Shown here: one piece after another, positions 39,016-48,729 of the stretch
Layout of the letters: each line of letters starts with the position of its first letter
Position numbering within the stretch: position 1 is the first letter of the stretch
NCBI GenBank assembly: GCA_011620135.1
Contig: WOZS01000011.1
Span: 15,183-79,182, forward strand
Origin: Gammaproteobacteria bacterium
GTDB lineage: Bacteria; Pseudomonadota; Gammaproteobacteria; WOZS01
Reading direction: 5' to 3'
Length of the DNA stretch: 64,000 nucleotides
Notes under the pieces: generated by a model
What the model was told of the DNA's origin: nothing
The model's input: only the letters and a program-made list of their open reading frames with translations
Databases searched by the model: none
Position numbers and translations under genes: made by a program

Positions 39016-40251
39016 TCATTGCTGTGGCTGGATACCAGCCTCGCTTGCATCGAGATCATTGAGATAAAGATACTCCCTGGTAATAGGGCAGCGCGTAGTG
39101 GCCGCAAAGCCCAGCTGCACCTGGAAGACCACCAGGTTGTCCCAGCGAAACGAGGCTTCCGAGGCCGTAAGATAAAAACGCCACATGCGGCAGAAGGAAT
39201 CCCCGAAGCGGGCCGCCAGGTTATCCAGATTCCTTTCGAATGAGGCGCGCCAATGCTGGAGGGTCATGGCGTAATGCAGCCGCCAGACTTCCACATCCAG
39301 GATGGCCAGACCAGAGGCCTGCACGGCAACGCTGATCTCAGAGAGGGCGGGGATATAGCCGCCCGGGAAGATATGACGGCGGATCCATGGATTGGTGCCG
39401 CCGGGGGGCGAGCTCCTGCCGATGGTATGCACCAGGGCTACACCATCGGGCTTGAGGAGCTGGGCGATGGTCCTGAAATAGCGTCTATACCAGGGTCTGC
39501 CCACCTGCTCGAACATGCCGATGCTGACTATGGCGTCGTACAAGCCCTGATGGCTGCGGTAGTCCTCGGTCAAGAAACGCACCTGACCTGCAAGGCCAAG
39601 GTTCTGCACCTCGTTTGCGGCATGGCGATTCTGCTCATCGGACACATTGAGTCCTGTGACCTGCGCGCCATGGTGGCGCGCCAGATGGATGGCCATGGCC
39701 CCCCACCCAGAGCCGATGTCCAGCACATGGGCCTGAGGGAACAGGCAGAGCTTGCGGCCAATGTGGAAGGCCTTGGCCTCCTGGGCCTGGTGCAAGGAGA
39801 GTCCGGGTTCTCGAAAATAGGCGCAAGTGTAATGCAGGTCCTCATCCAGAAAGGACTGGAACAATGCAATATCGATGTTGTAGTGGGTGCGGGCCCGGCT
39901 GTAGCTGCGCTGCAGCAGATTGTTCTCGTGGAGCAGCGCATACAGCCAAAGCGACGGAGCAGGCCAGGAAGCCAGGCGGATGCGCAGGCTCATCAGGAGC
40001 CGCAGCACGGTCAGCAGGTCGCCATGTTCAGCTTCCCAGGCTCCCTCGGTATAGAGCTCTCCAATGGTCAGGCTGGGTCGATACACCATGCGCCACAAGG
40101 TCCATTTATTCTTGAGGCGCATGGTGGCGCAAGGTGGACCGTTGCCCATGGTGATGACGGCCCCATGGGGCAGGATGAGCCGCAATGTGCCCTTGGGCAG
40201 GAGGCGATCCACAAGCCTGAGGCGCTTTTTCTGGAGGCATGGCGCTGTCAT
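39016..40251 (-). CDS. cfa: cyclopropane-fatty-acyl-phospholipid synthase
   Basis: CMAS family with the SAM motif VLDIGSGWGAMAI and a C-terminal CFA synthase region. 411 aa. Confidence 0.8.
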   Translation of the reverse strand: MTAPCLQKKRLRLVDRLLPKGTLRLILPHGAVITMGNGPPCATMRLKNKWTLWRMVYRPSLTIGELYTEGAWEAEHGDLLTVLRLLMSLRIRLASWPAPSLWLYALLHENNLLQRSYSRARTHYNIDIALFQSFLDEDLHYTCAYFREPGLSLHQAQEAKAFHIGRKLCLFPQAHVLDIGSGWGAMAIHLARHHGAQVTGLNVSDEQNRHAANEVQNLGLAGQVRFLTEDYRSHQGLYDAIVSIGMFEQVGRPWYRRYFRTIAQLLKPDGVALVHTIGRSSPPGGTNPWIRRHIFPGGYIPALSEISVAVQASGLAILDVEVWRLHYAMTLQHWRASFERNLDNLAARFGDSFCRMWRFYLTASEASFRWDNLVVFQVQLGFAATTRCPITREYLYLNDLDASEAGIQPQQ

Positions 40252-40534
40252 GGCTTCATCATTATAGCCGAGTATGGCGGATCATGGTGGCCTGGTGCAG
40301 GCCGAGGACGTTGCCTGTCGAATCACGGCCAGCGCTGCCGGGGCGACGGGTCTGTGGCTTCTGTCAGCATGGGCGAGATCCCGCGCAACTCCAGGGCAGG
40401 CACCTCGTGGGGCAGCCCTGGGATGTGCTGTGGATGGCCATGCCGTTTGGCGCCCATGCCTCCCGGACGGCAACGGCCTGGGGATATCGCCGATCCGGAG
40501 CAATACCCCGGGATCCGGAAGCCATTTATTGATC

Positions 40535-40702
40535 TCATGCCCTTGCGCAACCTGTCGGCTGGATCTCCTGGGGAAATCGCTGGTGCTCGAAGATTTCCCT
40601 GTAGTGCTTGTCCATCTTGGGCTTGAGTTTTCTGGCCATGCCCTGGACTGCCTCCACCACCATGAGGTGGTCCTGGGTGAGGCCGAGTTGCTGTTGTTCC
40701 AT
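40535..40702 (-). CDS. small hypothetical protein (55 aa)
   Basis: ORF MEQQQLGLTQDHLMVVEAVQGMARKLKPKMDKHYREIFEHQ... Divergent from the YeeE/YedE pair. No recognisable family. Confidence 0.25.
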   Translation of the reverse strand: MEQQQLGLTQDHLMVVEAVQGMARKLKPKMDKHYREIFEHQRFPQEIQPTGCARA

Positions 40703-40838
40703 GGTCGTCGGTCTCCTTGAGATGGCATGGTGCGCTGTCCGGCGGGGGCGCAATGCAATATAAACAATATAGACAAGAGCTGCTATGCTGCATGTGGATC
40801 ATTGCCTGTGCTGCAGAGTCCCTGTGGTTGTGGAGGGG

Positions 40839-41276
40839 ATGAGGATGAATCAGTTCACGCCTGTGGCCGCCTTGTCAGGCGGATTGCTCATCGGTTGCAG
40901 CGCTGTCTTGCTGTTCTGGCTGCTGGGGCGCATTGCGGGGATCAGCGGCATTCTCTTTGGCGCCCTGGAACAAGCAAGGGAAGGTGGCACCTGGCGCCTA
41001 TGGTTTTTGGCGGGGTTGCTGCTGGGTCCCCTGTTGATGCGTGCCGGCCATGTCATCTCTTTTGTCCCCCGTCAAGATTTTCCCCTGTGGGCGCTTGTGG
41101 CTGGTGGGATACTGGTCGGCGCAGGTACCCGCCTGGGGAGTGGCTGTACCAGCGGTCATGGGGTATGCGGCCTGGGATTGCGGTCGCGGCGCTCCCTGGC
41201 GGCCACCATGACATTCATGCTCATGGGCATGCTGACCGTCTATGTGGTCCGTCATGTCGCGGGGGTCTTGCCATGA
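40839..41276 (+). CDS. YeeE/YedE family sulfur-compound transporter component (half-size, DUF395)
   Basis: Membrane protein with the conserved Cys-containing motif GAGTRLGSGCTSGHGVCGL typical of YeeE/YedE/TsuA. Confidence 0.7.
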   Translation: MRMNQFTPVAALSGGLLIGCSAVLLFWLLGRIAGISGILFGALEQAREGGTWRLWFLAGLLLGPLLMRAGHVISFVPRQDFPLWALVAGGILVGAGTRLGSGCTSGHGVCGLGLRSRRSLAATMTFMLMGMLTVYVVRHVAGVLP

Positions 41277-41716
41277 GGCGGGCCCTGGCGGCGTTGAGTT
41301 GCGGCATTCTGTTCGGTGTGGGGCTCACGCTGTCCCAGATGGTGCAACCGGACAAGGTGCTGGCCTTTCTGGATGTTGCCGGCTCTTGGGATCCCAGTCT
41401 GGCGTTGGTCATGGGCGGGGCATTGCTGGTTACGGCTGTGTTCCTGCCGCGCATCAGGGCCAGGGGCCATGCGGTGCTGAATGGCTTTCTGTATCTGTCC
41501 AGCAAGAAAAAAGTGACTGCCCGACTGCTGGCTGGGGCGGGGCTGTTCGGCATCGGCTGGGGGCTATGTGGCTATTGTCCAGGCCCTGCGATCAGCGCCC
41601 TGGTGCTCAATCCCCGCGAGGCGGTCTGGACGCTGGCGGGCATACTTGTGGGTTTTGCCATCGTGCATCTTCTGTTCGAGCGCCCGGACAAGGCCAGGAC
41701 GGCCCCTGGTCTATAG
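41273..41716 (+). CDS. YeeE/YedE family membrane protein (second half, DUF6691-like)
   Basis: ATGA-coupled to the previous gene. Conserved GLCGYCPGPAI motif. Confidence 0.7.
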   Translation: MRRALAALSCGILFGVGLTLSQMVQPDKVLAFLDVAGSWDPSLALVMGGALLVTAVFLPRIRARGHAVLNGFLYLSSKKKVTARLLAGAGLFGIGWGLCGYCPGPAISALVLNPREAVWTLAGILVGFAIVHLLFERPDKARTAPGL

Positions 41717-41841
41717 CACACACCGCTTGACTATTCACTCAATCAAGCCTAATGATTGACTTATAAGAGCAAATGCAGCCGCCAATTATGATGGGGTGCA
41801 AGGCATCCCCATTGATTGCTTATTTAGCAGGAGGCAACATC

Positions 41842-43320
41842 ATGAGTACTGCTCCATCCCATGTCTACCCGCAAGCTGTAACCAGCATCACCAAAGAAGG
41901 CGCCAACCCTTTGCAGCCCTTGCTCGATGCCCAGCGCCAGGCTTTCCTGCAGCAAGGCATCAGCGACTGGCGCACCCGGGTGGCCAACCTGGACAAGCTG
42001 GCCAAGGCCATCTACGACCATCAAGACCAGATCATCAAGGCGGTGATGGCTGATTTCGGGCAACGCTCGCCTCATGAGACAGCCCTGACCGAGGTGCTCT
42101 CCGGGTTGATGGAGATTCGCGGCACCAGGAACAAGATCAAGAAGTGGATGAAACCAAAGAAGGTGCCTGCCAGCTTGCAGGCGCTGCCTGCCACGGGCTA
42201 TGTCCTCTATCAGCCAAAAGGGGTGCTGGGCATCATGGGGGCCTGGAATTATCCGGCCTTCCTGATGTTCTCGCCGTTGATCGGCGCTTTGGCCGCAGGA
42301 AACCATGCCATGCTCAAGCCACCGGATGCCACGCCGCGGACCGGTGAGGTGATCGCCGAGCTGATCGCCAAGACATTCGATCCCACCCTTGTGACCGTGG
42401 TCACCGGGGGGGTTCAGGAAGCCATCGCCTTTTCTGAGTTGCCTTTCGATCACCTGCTCTATACCGGTAATACGAGCATTGGCCGTCAGGTGATGATGGC
42501 TGCGGCCCGGAATCTGACGCCTGTCACCCTGGAGATGGGTGGCAAGTCGCCGGTGATCATCTCGGAAGGTTATCCCATGGAAAAGGCGGTACAGCGCATC
42601 ATGCTGGGCAAGACCGTCAATGCTGGGCAGACCTGCATTGCCCCGGATTATGTCATGGTGCCCAGCGGGCAGGAAGAAAGCTTTGTGGCCGCCTATACAA
42701 AGGCCATTAGCAGGCGCTATCCATCCCTGGTGGGCAATCCCGATATCACCTGGATCATCAACGATCGCCATTTCAAGCGTATCCAGGGACTCATGGAGGA
42801 TGCCGTCCAGAAGGGCGCCAGAATGGTGACCATCAACCCCAGGAATGAGCCCATTCCGCAGGGTGTTCGCCTGATTCCGCCCACGCTGCTCACCGGCGTG
42901 ACCCCGGAGATGGCGGTGATGCAAGAGGAAATCTTTGGTCCGGTGTTGCCTGTGATGAGCTATCGTACCCTTGATGAGGCCATCGCTTTCGTCCAGGCGC
43001 GTCCTCGTCCCCTGGCGTTGTATTGTTTCGATGAGGACAACAGCCGGGCCATGAGGATCATTGCCCAGACCATTTCCGGCGGTGCTGCCGTGAACGATAC
43101 CATGCTGCATGCCGCGCATCCCAATCTGCCGTTTGGGGGTATCGGACCAAGCGGTCTTGGGGCCTATCATGGCTTTGATGGTTTCATGGAGTTCTCCCAC
43201 AAGAAGGGTGTCCTGGTGCAGCGCAGCTGGTTTTCTCCGGCCATGCTCATCAAGGGGCCCTACAACCCCAAGGCGCTGGGCTGGATGCAGCGGGCTGCCA
43301 AGTGGCTCGTGAGGCAATGA
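41842..43320 (+). CDS. NAD(P)-dependent aldehyde dehydrogenase (coniferyl-aldehyde DH-like)
   Basis: Catalytic ELGGKSP-like LEMGGKSP and Cys in GQTCIAPDY. AGGAGG Shine-Dalgarno before the ATG at 41842. Confidence 0.8.
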   Translation: MSTAPSHVYPQAVTSITKEGANPLQPLLDAQRQAFLQQGISDWRTRVANLDKLAKAIYDHQDQIIKAVMADFGQRSPHETALTEVLSGLMEIRGTRNKIKKWMKPKKVPASLQALPATGYVLYQPKGVLGIMGAWNYPAFLMFSPLIGALAAGNHAMLKPPDATPRTGEVIAELIAKTFDPTLVTVVTGGVQEAIAFSELPFDHLLYTGNTSIGRQVMMAAARNLTPVTLEMGGKSPVIISEGYPMEKAVQRIMLGKTVNAGQTCIAPDYVMVPSGQEESFVAAYTKAISRRYPSLVGNPDITWIINDRHFKRIQGLMEDAVQKGARMVTINPRNEPIPQGVRLIPPTLLTGVTPEMAVMQEEIFGPVLPVMSYRTLDEAIAFVQARPRPLALYCFDEDNSRAMRIIAQTISGGAAVNDTMLHAAHPNLPFGGIGPSGLGAYHGFDGFMEFSHKKGVLVQRSWFSPAMLIKGPYNPKALGWMQRAAKWLVRQ

Positions 43321-43375
43321 TCGGCTGCTGTTGCCAGAGGCTGCCCCCGAAGCAAGAGGGCCTCATCACTGCACC

Positions 43376-43415
43376 GTGCCGGGTTTCCCAGTGAGGCCTT
43401 CGGGGAACCCGGCAC
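43376..43415. terminator. 13-bp imperfect hairpin between convergent aldehyde DH and metallopeptidase
   Basis: GTGCCGGGTTTCCC...GGGAACCCGGCAC inverted repeat. No T-tract follows, so assignment as a terminator is tentative. Confidence 0.4.
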
Positions 43416-43530
43416 AGTTCAATTGGGGTAAAGCCCCATCCGGTTGAGGGGCAGGGAGAGGTGGCCCCTATGCCAGAGCTGGACGCAGAGGTGTCCGCCT
43501 GGTGCGCGCGGCCTGGATGACGAGAAACGC

Positions 43531-44610
43531 TCAGGCGGTCTTGCTTTTCACGGCGTCATGGACGAACTGGAGTTTGGCGCGCACCGTGGGCGTCAGGACG
43601 AAGGGATAGGCATCTTCCAGCCCCATGCTGCGATTGAGTGCATTGGTCAGCACACTGAGACTGAGCCATTGATCCATCAGCGCTGCAAAGTCGGCATCGA
43701 GCGTAATGGCCAGAAGACTGGCATCCGGCGTGGTGTCCCCTGGGATCCGCCGCACGATCAAGCCGAAATCCGCGGCGGTTTCCAGGGTGTCGGTCATGTG
43801 CAGGAAGTGGGCCCAGGTTTCCGCCCAGTCTTCCCATGGATGGGAGCTGGCATAGGCGCTGACAAAATGTTCTGGCCAGTCGGCGGCGGGACCCTGCTCA
43901 TAATGACGAGCCAGCGCCTCGCCATAGTCGGCACGCTCATCCCCGAACAATTCCCGGAAAGGCGCTTCCAGCGGTGTCGCCGCGATCAGTCGGTCCCAGT
44001 AATAATGTCCCAGTTCATGTCGGAAATGGCCCAGCAGAGTGCGATAAGTCTCGCCCATTTGTTGACGATGGCGGGTGCGCGCGACCGGGTCGGCTTCCGC
44101 TACGTTAAGAGTGATCAAGCCGTTGTCATGGCCGGTCAACACGGGTTCTTGGCCTGGGAGCGGTTCGGTGAATTCGCTGTCTGGGTCCTTGTCGGCCAGG
44201 AAGTCAAAGGCCAATCCGCGTTCTTCATCGTCCAGCTTGCTGATCAGCGGCAACCCCAGACGCAGGAGGGAATAGAGCGCATGGCGCTTGGCCTGCTCGA
44301 TCTGATGCCAATGCACCAGATTCTGCGGTATGGTCAGATCGGGAATGGTGCGATTCAGTCGGCAGGACATGCAGAGGCCCGGCTCCTCCGTGGCGGGAAT
44401 GAGCCAATTGCAGATGCCGTGTTCAATCTGATTCTGGCACGGTACGTAATGTGCCTCGGCATCCAGGGCCGCCGCATACCCGTTGTCGATGGGTTCCAGT
44501 GCGCTCATCTGCAGCTTGTCGGGGAGAAAGCCGACAGCCCGCCCACAACTGGAGCAGATCGTGTTATTGAAAAACAAGGTATTGCCACAGGCGCAGCGTC
44601 CTACTTTCAT
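43531..44610 (-). CDS. putative zinc-binding metallopeptidase (N-terminal Zn-ribbon, HExxH)
   Basis: CxxC...CxxC ribbon at the N-terminus (CACGN...CSSCG) and the HELGHYYWD zincin motif. Confidence 0.6.
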   Translation of the reverse strand: MKVGRCACGNTLFFNNTICSSCGRAVGFLPDKLQMSALEPIDNGYAAALDAEAHYVPCQNQIEHGICNWLIPATEEPGLCMSCRLNRTIPDLTIPQNLVHWHQIEQAKRHALYSLLRLGLPLISKLDDEERGLAFDFLADKDPDSEFTEPLPGQEPVLTGHDNGLITLNVAEADPVARTRHRQQMGETYRTLLGHFRHELGHYYWDRLIAATPLEAPFRELFGDERADYGEALARHYEQGPAADWPEHFVSAYASSHPWEDWAETWAHFLHMTDTLETAADFGLIVRRIPGDTTPDASLLAITLDADFAALMDQWLSLSVLTNALNRSMGLEDAYPFVLTPTVRAKLQFVHDAVKSKTA

Positions 44611-44959
44611 TGCTAGACCTCTAAGAATTCACGATTTGAAGGTATGTTTGCGAAAACGCTGGAAAATGTCATTCCTGGCATTTTAGCTCACCTCGAGGCA
44701 ACGTGCCCGGGATGGGCCGCACAAGGCAAACAGCGCATATCGGCAGCCTTGTTCCGATGGCGTGCTTGAGGTGACATTGAAGCGCTCCACTTGTGTGAGG
44801 CTGTAGAAAAAAATAAGTTTCTTGTTTTACAAGTTGATCAGGGCCAGTCTTGGTGTCTCGAGGCTCCGGCTGTTGTGTTATGCTATGCCAGCCATTTTGA
44901 GCCAATGTGCCGCTGTTTGCCCCGTGCGCGCAGTGAAACCGAATGGCGCCAGGCCGGCT

Positions 44960-45442
44960 ATGGGATATGGAATGCTGCGATCCTTGATCTTGGTGTGTGT
45001 TCTGCCATGGCCATGGGTGGTTCATGGCGCCATGCGCGATCAGGCCCGGCCTGTGTCTGCGCCCACTGCCTTGCGTGAAGCCTTGCGAGAACAGGCGCTG
45101 GCGTATGTGGGTAGGCCTTATGTCATGGGCGGTTCGGGGCGGCGTGGTTTCGACTGTTCTGGCCTGGTGCAGCATGTTTTTGCAGCCTTTCACATCCATC
45201 TGCCGCGCAGCAGCTCGGAGCAATGGCGTGTTGGTCAGAAGATTCCAAGGATTGCCCTGGAGCCTGGCGATCTCCTCTTTTTTGCCACAGGCCGCAGCAC
45301 AAGGATCAACCACGTCGGTATCTATATCGGGCGTGGTCGCTTCGTCCATGCCGCCAGCAGCAGTCGCAGTGTGCAGGTAGCCTCCTTGAGGGAAAGCTAC
45401 TTCCAGCGCCGCCTCATGGGTGCTCGCCGGTTGCTCGACTGA
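44960..45442 (+). CDS. NlpC/P60 (C40) family peptidase
   Basis: Catalytic FDCSGLVQHVF Cys, HVGIYIG His and a signal peptide. Start at MGYGMLRSLIL. Confidence 0.7.
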   Translation: MGYGMLRSLILVCVLPWPWVVHGAMRDQARPVSAPTALREALREQALAYVGRPYVMGGSGRRGFDCSGLVQHVFAAFHIHLPRSSSEQWRVGQKIPRIALEPGDLLFFATGRSTRINHVGIYIGRGRFVHAASSSRSVQVASLRESYFQRRLMGARRLLD

Positions 45443-45503
45443 TTGACCCACATGACATGGTCGGGGGACATGGTGTTTGCCCTCCGACCATGGATGCCCT
45501 GAG

Positions 45504-47663
45504 TCAGGGAGCGGGATGGTTGCCGAGATCATCGGATGCAGGCACGGCATCCTCCTGATTGAGACTTTGGTTCTTGTGCCGCTCATCCTCAGGCGGAGTG
45601 TCCTGAGCTGACGCCTGATGTTGTCCGCCGCCATTGCCTTGTGCCTCATGGGGCTGATCCTGGGTGGCTGCATCAGGCTCCGCTCCGGCAGACTGATCCG
45701 TCTGCTCTGTATGGGTCGGACGTCTGGAGCGGGGGCGCGCCCGGCGGCGCCGATTGTTTTTGCTGCGGCGCTTGGGTTCGTTGAGGCCGTCCTCAGTGCC
45801 TTCCCGGGCAAGGCTGGAAGGTTGTTCTTCAGTGAGCAAAGCAGAGGAGCTTTCCAGTGCGGCGCACTCATCTCCCGTCTCCTGTTGCTCGAATCGCGCG
45901 GCAGAAGCCAGCCCCTCCTCTCCCGGGGCTGGAAACCCCTGGGATCCCGATGGGCTTTCAGCGAACAAGCGATGCCAGATCCGGCTTAGAATGCCCTCAC
46001 CAGCCTGACGCTGTGTCTCTGTGGCTGTACTGGCGACTGCGGGGGGCTTCTCAGCAGGATTGGGGCGCCTTCCGGAAAACACAACCGGTTTTTGCGGCAC
46101 AAGGCTCTTGGTGAGTTGCTCCTCGAGAAGAGAGGTCTCACCCCGATTGGTGGATGGGAGCAGCAGATCCTGGCTGAAGGTTGTCTGGACATGGTCGGTA
46201 TTGATCTTCATCTGGTACCCTGGGGTTTCCAGGCCAGCATCGGGAATGATAATAACCTGGCTTTCATGCAGCTGTTCCAGCATGGCCATGCTTTGGCGAT
46301 GCTCATTGAGCAAATAGGTGGCTGTGGCCACAGGCAGGCGCAGCACCAACTGGCAGCCCCGGTGCAAGGCGACCTGTTCGTGCATCAGCCGCAGCATGGC
46401 GATGGCGAAGGATTCGAGCCCCCGTACCCGGCCCTGGCCGCCACAACGCGGACAGACCACCTGGCTGTGTTCCAGCAGCGATGTGCGCAGGCGCTGACGG
46501 GACATTTCCAGCAAGCCAAAGCGGGACATATGGCCTACCTGAATGCGCGCACGATCATCCTGCACCGCATCACGCAGGCGTTTTTCCACAGCACGCTGGT
46601 GCTGGCTCTGGCTCATGTCGATGAAGTCGATGACGATCAGCCCACCAAGATCCCGCAGCCGCAGTTGCCGTGCCACCTCGTCGGCGGCCTCCAGGTTGGT
46701 CTGGTAGGCGGTCTGTTCGATATCAGGCCCCTTGGTGGCTCGGGCCGAGTTGACATCGATGGCGGTCAGGGCTTCCGTATGATCGATGACCACAGCGCCA
46801 CCCGATGGCAGGCGCAGTTCCCGCTCGAAAGCCTGCTGAATCTGGGTTTCCAGATGGAAGCGTCCAAAGAGGGGGATCGGGTCGATGTAGCGTTTGATTT
46901 TCTCCAGGTTGTGGGGCATGACATGGCCGACGAACTCTAGAGACTGTTGATACGTGGCCTCATCGTCAATCAGGATCTCCTCCACATCCTTGGTGAAATA
47001 ATCCCGCAAGGCGCGAATAATGAGGCTGCTTTCCTGGTAGATGAGGCATGGGGCTGCACGGGAGCGGGAGGCTTCCTCGATGGCTTGCCAGAGATTGAGC
47101 AGATAATCGAGATCCCAGCGCAACTCCTCGATGGTGCGGCCCGCACCGGCGGTTCGTATGATGAGCCCCATGCCTTCTGGCATCTCCAAGTCCTTGAGGC
47201 TGGCCCGCAATTCCTCTCGTTCTTCGCCCTCCACCCGATTCGAAATGCCGCCTGCCCTTGGATTGTTGGGCATCAATACCAGATAGCGCCCCGGAAGACT
47301 GATGAAGGTGGTGAGCGAGGCACCCTTGGTGCCACGTTGCTCCTTGTCTACCTGGACCAGAAACTCCTGGCCTTCCCGGGCTACCTGGTGTGCCGTAAGG
47401 CGGCCATTGCTGGTTTCCACGTCGTTGGTGTACAGCCCCCGGGCTATTTCCTTTATGGGTAGAAAGCCATGACGATCAGCCCCGTAATCCACAAAAACAG
47501 CATTGAGACTGGGCTCCACCCGGCTGACCCGGGCCTTGTAGATGTTGCCTTTTTTCTGTTCCTTGCTGATGGCCTCGATATCGAGGTCATAGAGGGTGTC
47601 GCCATCCACGACGGCGACCCGGACTTCCTCGCGCTGCATGGCATTGATCAAGATTCGTTTCAT
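45504..47663 (-). CDS. rne: ribonuclease E
   Basis: The N-terminal half aligns with the E. coli RNase E catalytic domain (MKRILINAMQREEVRVAVVDGDTLYDLDIE...). The Arg/acidic-rich C-terminal scaffold is short; total length is 719 aa. Confidence 0.85.
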   Translation of the reverse strand: MKRILINAMQREEVRVAVVDGDTLYDLDIEAISKEQKKGNIYKARVSRVEPSLNAVFVDYGADRHGFLPIKEIARGLYTNDVETSNGRLTAHQVAREGQEFLVQVDKEQRGTKGASLTTFISLPGRYLVLMPNNPRAGGISNRVEGEEREELRASLKDLEMPEGMGLIIRTAGAGRTIEELRWDLDYLLNLWQAIEEASRSRAAPCLIYQESSLIIRALRDYFTKDVEEILIDDEATYQQSLEFVGHVMPHNLEKIKRYIDPIPLFGRFHLETQIQQAFERELRLPSGGAVVIDHTEALTAIDVNSARATKGPDIEQTAYQTNLEAADEVARQLRLRDLGGLIVIDFIDMSQSQHQRAVEKRLRDAVQDDRARIQVGHMSRFGLLEMSRQRLRTSLLEHSQVVCPRCGGQGRVRGLESFAIAMLRLMHEQVALHRGCQLVLRLPVATATYLLNEHRQSMAMLEQLHESQVIIIPDAGLETPGYQMKINTDHVQTTFSQDLLLPSTNRGETSLLEEQLTKSLVPQKPVVFSGRRPNPAEKPPAVASTATETQRQAGEGILSRIWHRLFAESPSGSQGFPAPGEEGLASAARFEQQETGDECAALESSSALLTEEQPSSLAREGTEDGLNEPKRRSKNNRRRRARPRSRRPTHTEQTDQSAGAEPDAATQDQPHEAQGNGGGQHQASAQDTPPEDERHKNQSLNQEDAVPASDDLGNHPAP

Positions 47664-48212
47664 GAAATCGTATCCTTTGAAAGAAAAAGGGATGAGCTTG
47701 TTCCATGTCGCGCTCCGTGCGTTGCGTCAGCCCTGCTCTGAAAAGCCACGGCTGCATTGGCTGGTCATGGGCAGATCCTGGTGCCTGGCAAGACCCTGCC
47801 TGAAAGGGGGTTGTCTCCTGGCCATGCCAGAAGACGAGCAGTTGTTTCATGGAGAGCCATGATAAGGCCAGGGGCCATACCCCTGCGCGGAAACATGGTG
47901 TGATGCGGTTCATGCGTCGCACAGTATTGTTATGACCCGAGGCACGCCTTCCCCATTTTCAGAACTGCTAGAGGCTTTCAAGCTATAGTGGCCACGTATC
48001 TGCTGGCTTGTCTGCGGTACCCATGATAGGGAGCCGACATGAACTGTTATAACAGGCTTGATTCCTGTCATCAACGGGTTGCCCCGCAACCTGCCGGTCA
48101 GGCTACAGGTGAGGGGTGACAATGTGCGGCACCCTCTGGGAGCGTTGCTTCCCGCTGTGGTACAGATGATAATAAAGCTTTTTCTGGATAATCGAAAGCA
48201 GGGGAAACCAAT
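47664..48212. promoter_or_regulatory. about 550-bp lower-GC divergent region: rne 5' leader and rpmB promoter
   Basis: Long non-coding stretch upstream of rne on the minus strand. rne genes typically carry long structured autoregulatory 5' UTRs. An rpmB promoter is presumably also here. Confidence 0.35.
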
Positions 48213-48482
48213 ATGTCCAAGATATGCGCCTTGACCGGTCGGCGACCGCGTACCGGAAACAATGTATCCCATTCCAACCGCAGGACCAAAAGGAGGTTTT
48301 TGCCCAATCTCCAGAACAAGCGTCTGTGGTCCGAGGAAGAAGGGCGTTTTGTACGCATGCGGATATCCACCGCCGGAATGCGGTTGGTCAATCGGCATGG
48401 TCTCGATGAGGCGATGCGCCGTTCTGGCATCAAGAAAGGAAGCAAGCCCCAGGCAGCAGCCACATCAATACTACAGGCCTGA
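48213..48482 (+). CDS. rpmB: 50S ribosomal protein L28
   Basis: MSKICALTGRRPRTGNNVSHSNRRTKRRFLPNL matches L28. Confidence 0.85.
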   Translation: MSKICALTGRRPRTGNNVSHSNRRTKRRFLPNLQNKRLWSEEEGRFVRMRISTAGMRLVNRHGLDEAMRRSGIKKGSKPQAAATSILQA

Positions 48483-48548
48483 GCCTTCGGGCTCAGGGCA
48501 CGACTCAGCCTTGGCAATGGTTTCCATGGTCATTGAGGGAGAACAATC

Positions 48549-48704
48549 ATGCGCGATAAAATCAAATTGGTGTCCTCGGCGGGAACAGGTCATTTTTATA
48601 CAACCACGAAAAACAAGCGCAACAGCACCGAAAAGCTGGAATTGCGCAAATTCGACCCTGTGGTGCGCCGGCATGTAACCTATCGGGAGGCCAAGATCAA
48701 GTAA
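48549..48704 (+). CDS. rpmG: 50S ribosomal protein L33
   Basis: Translated by hand as [51 protein letters not shown] (51 aa, below the ORF-track cutoff). Near-identical to E. coli L33. Confidence 0.85.
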   Translation: MRDKIKLVSSAGTGHFYTTTKNKRNSTEKLELRKFDPVVRRHVTYREAKIK

Positions 48705-48729
48705 ATTCATGCCCTGCTGTTTGGGAAGA

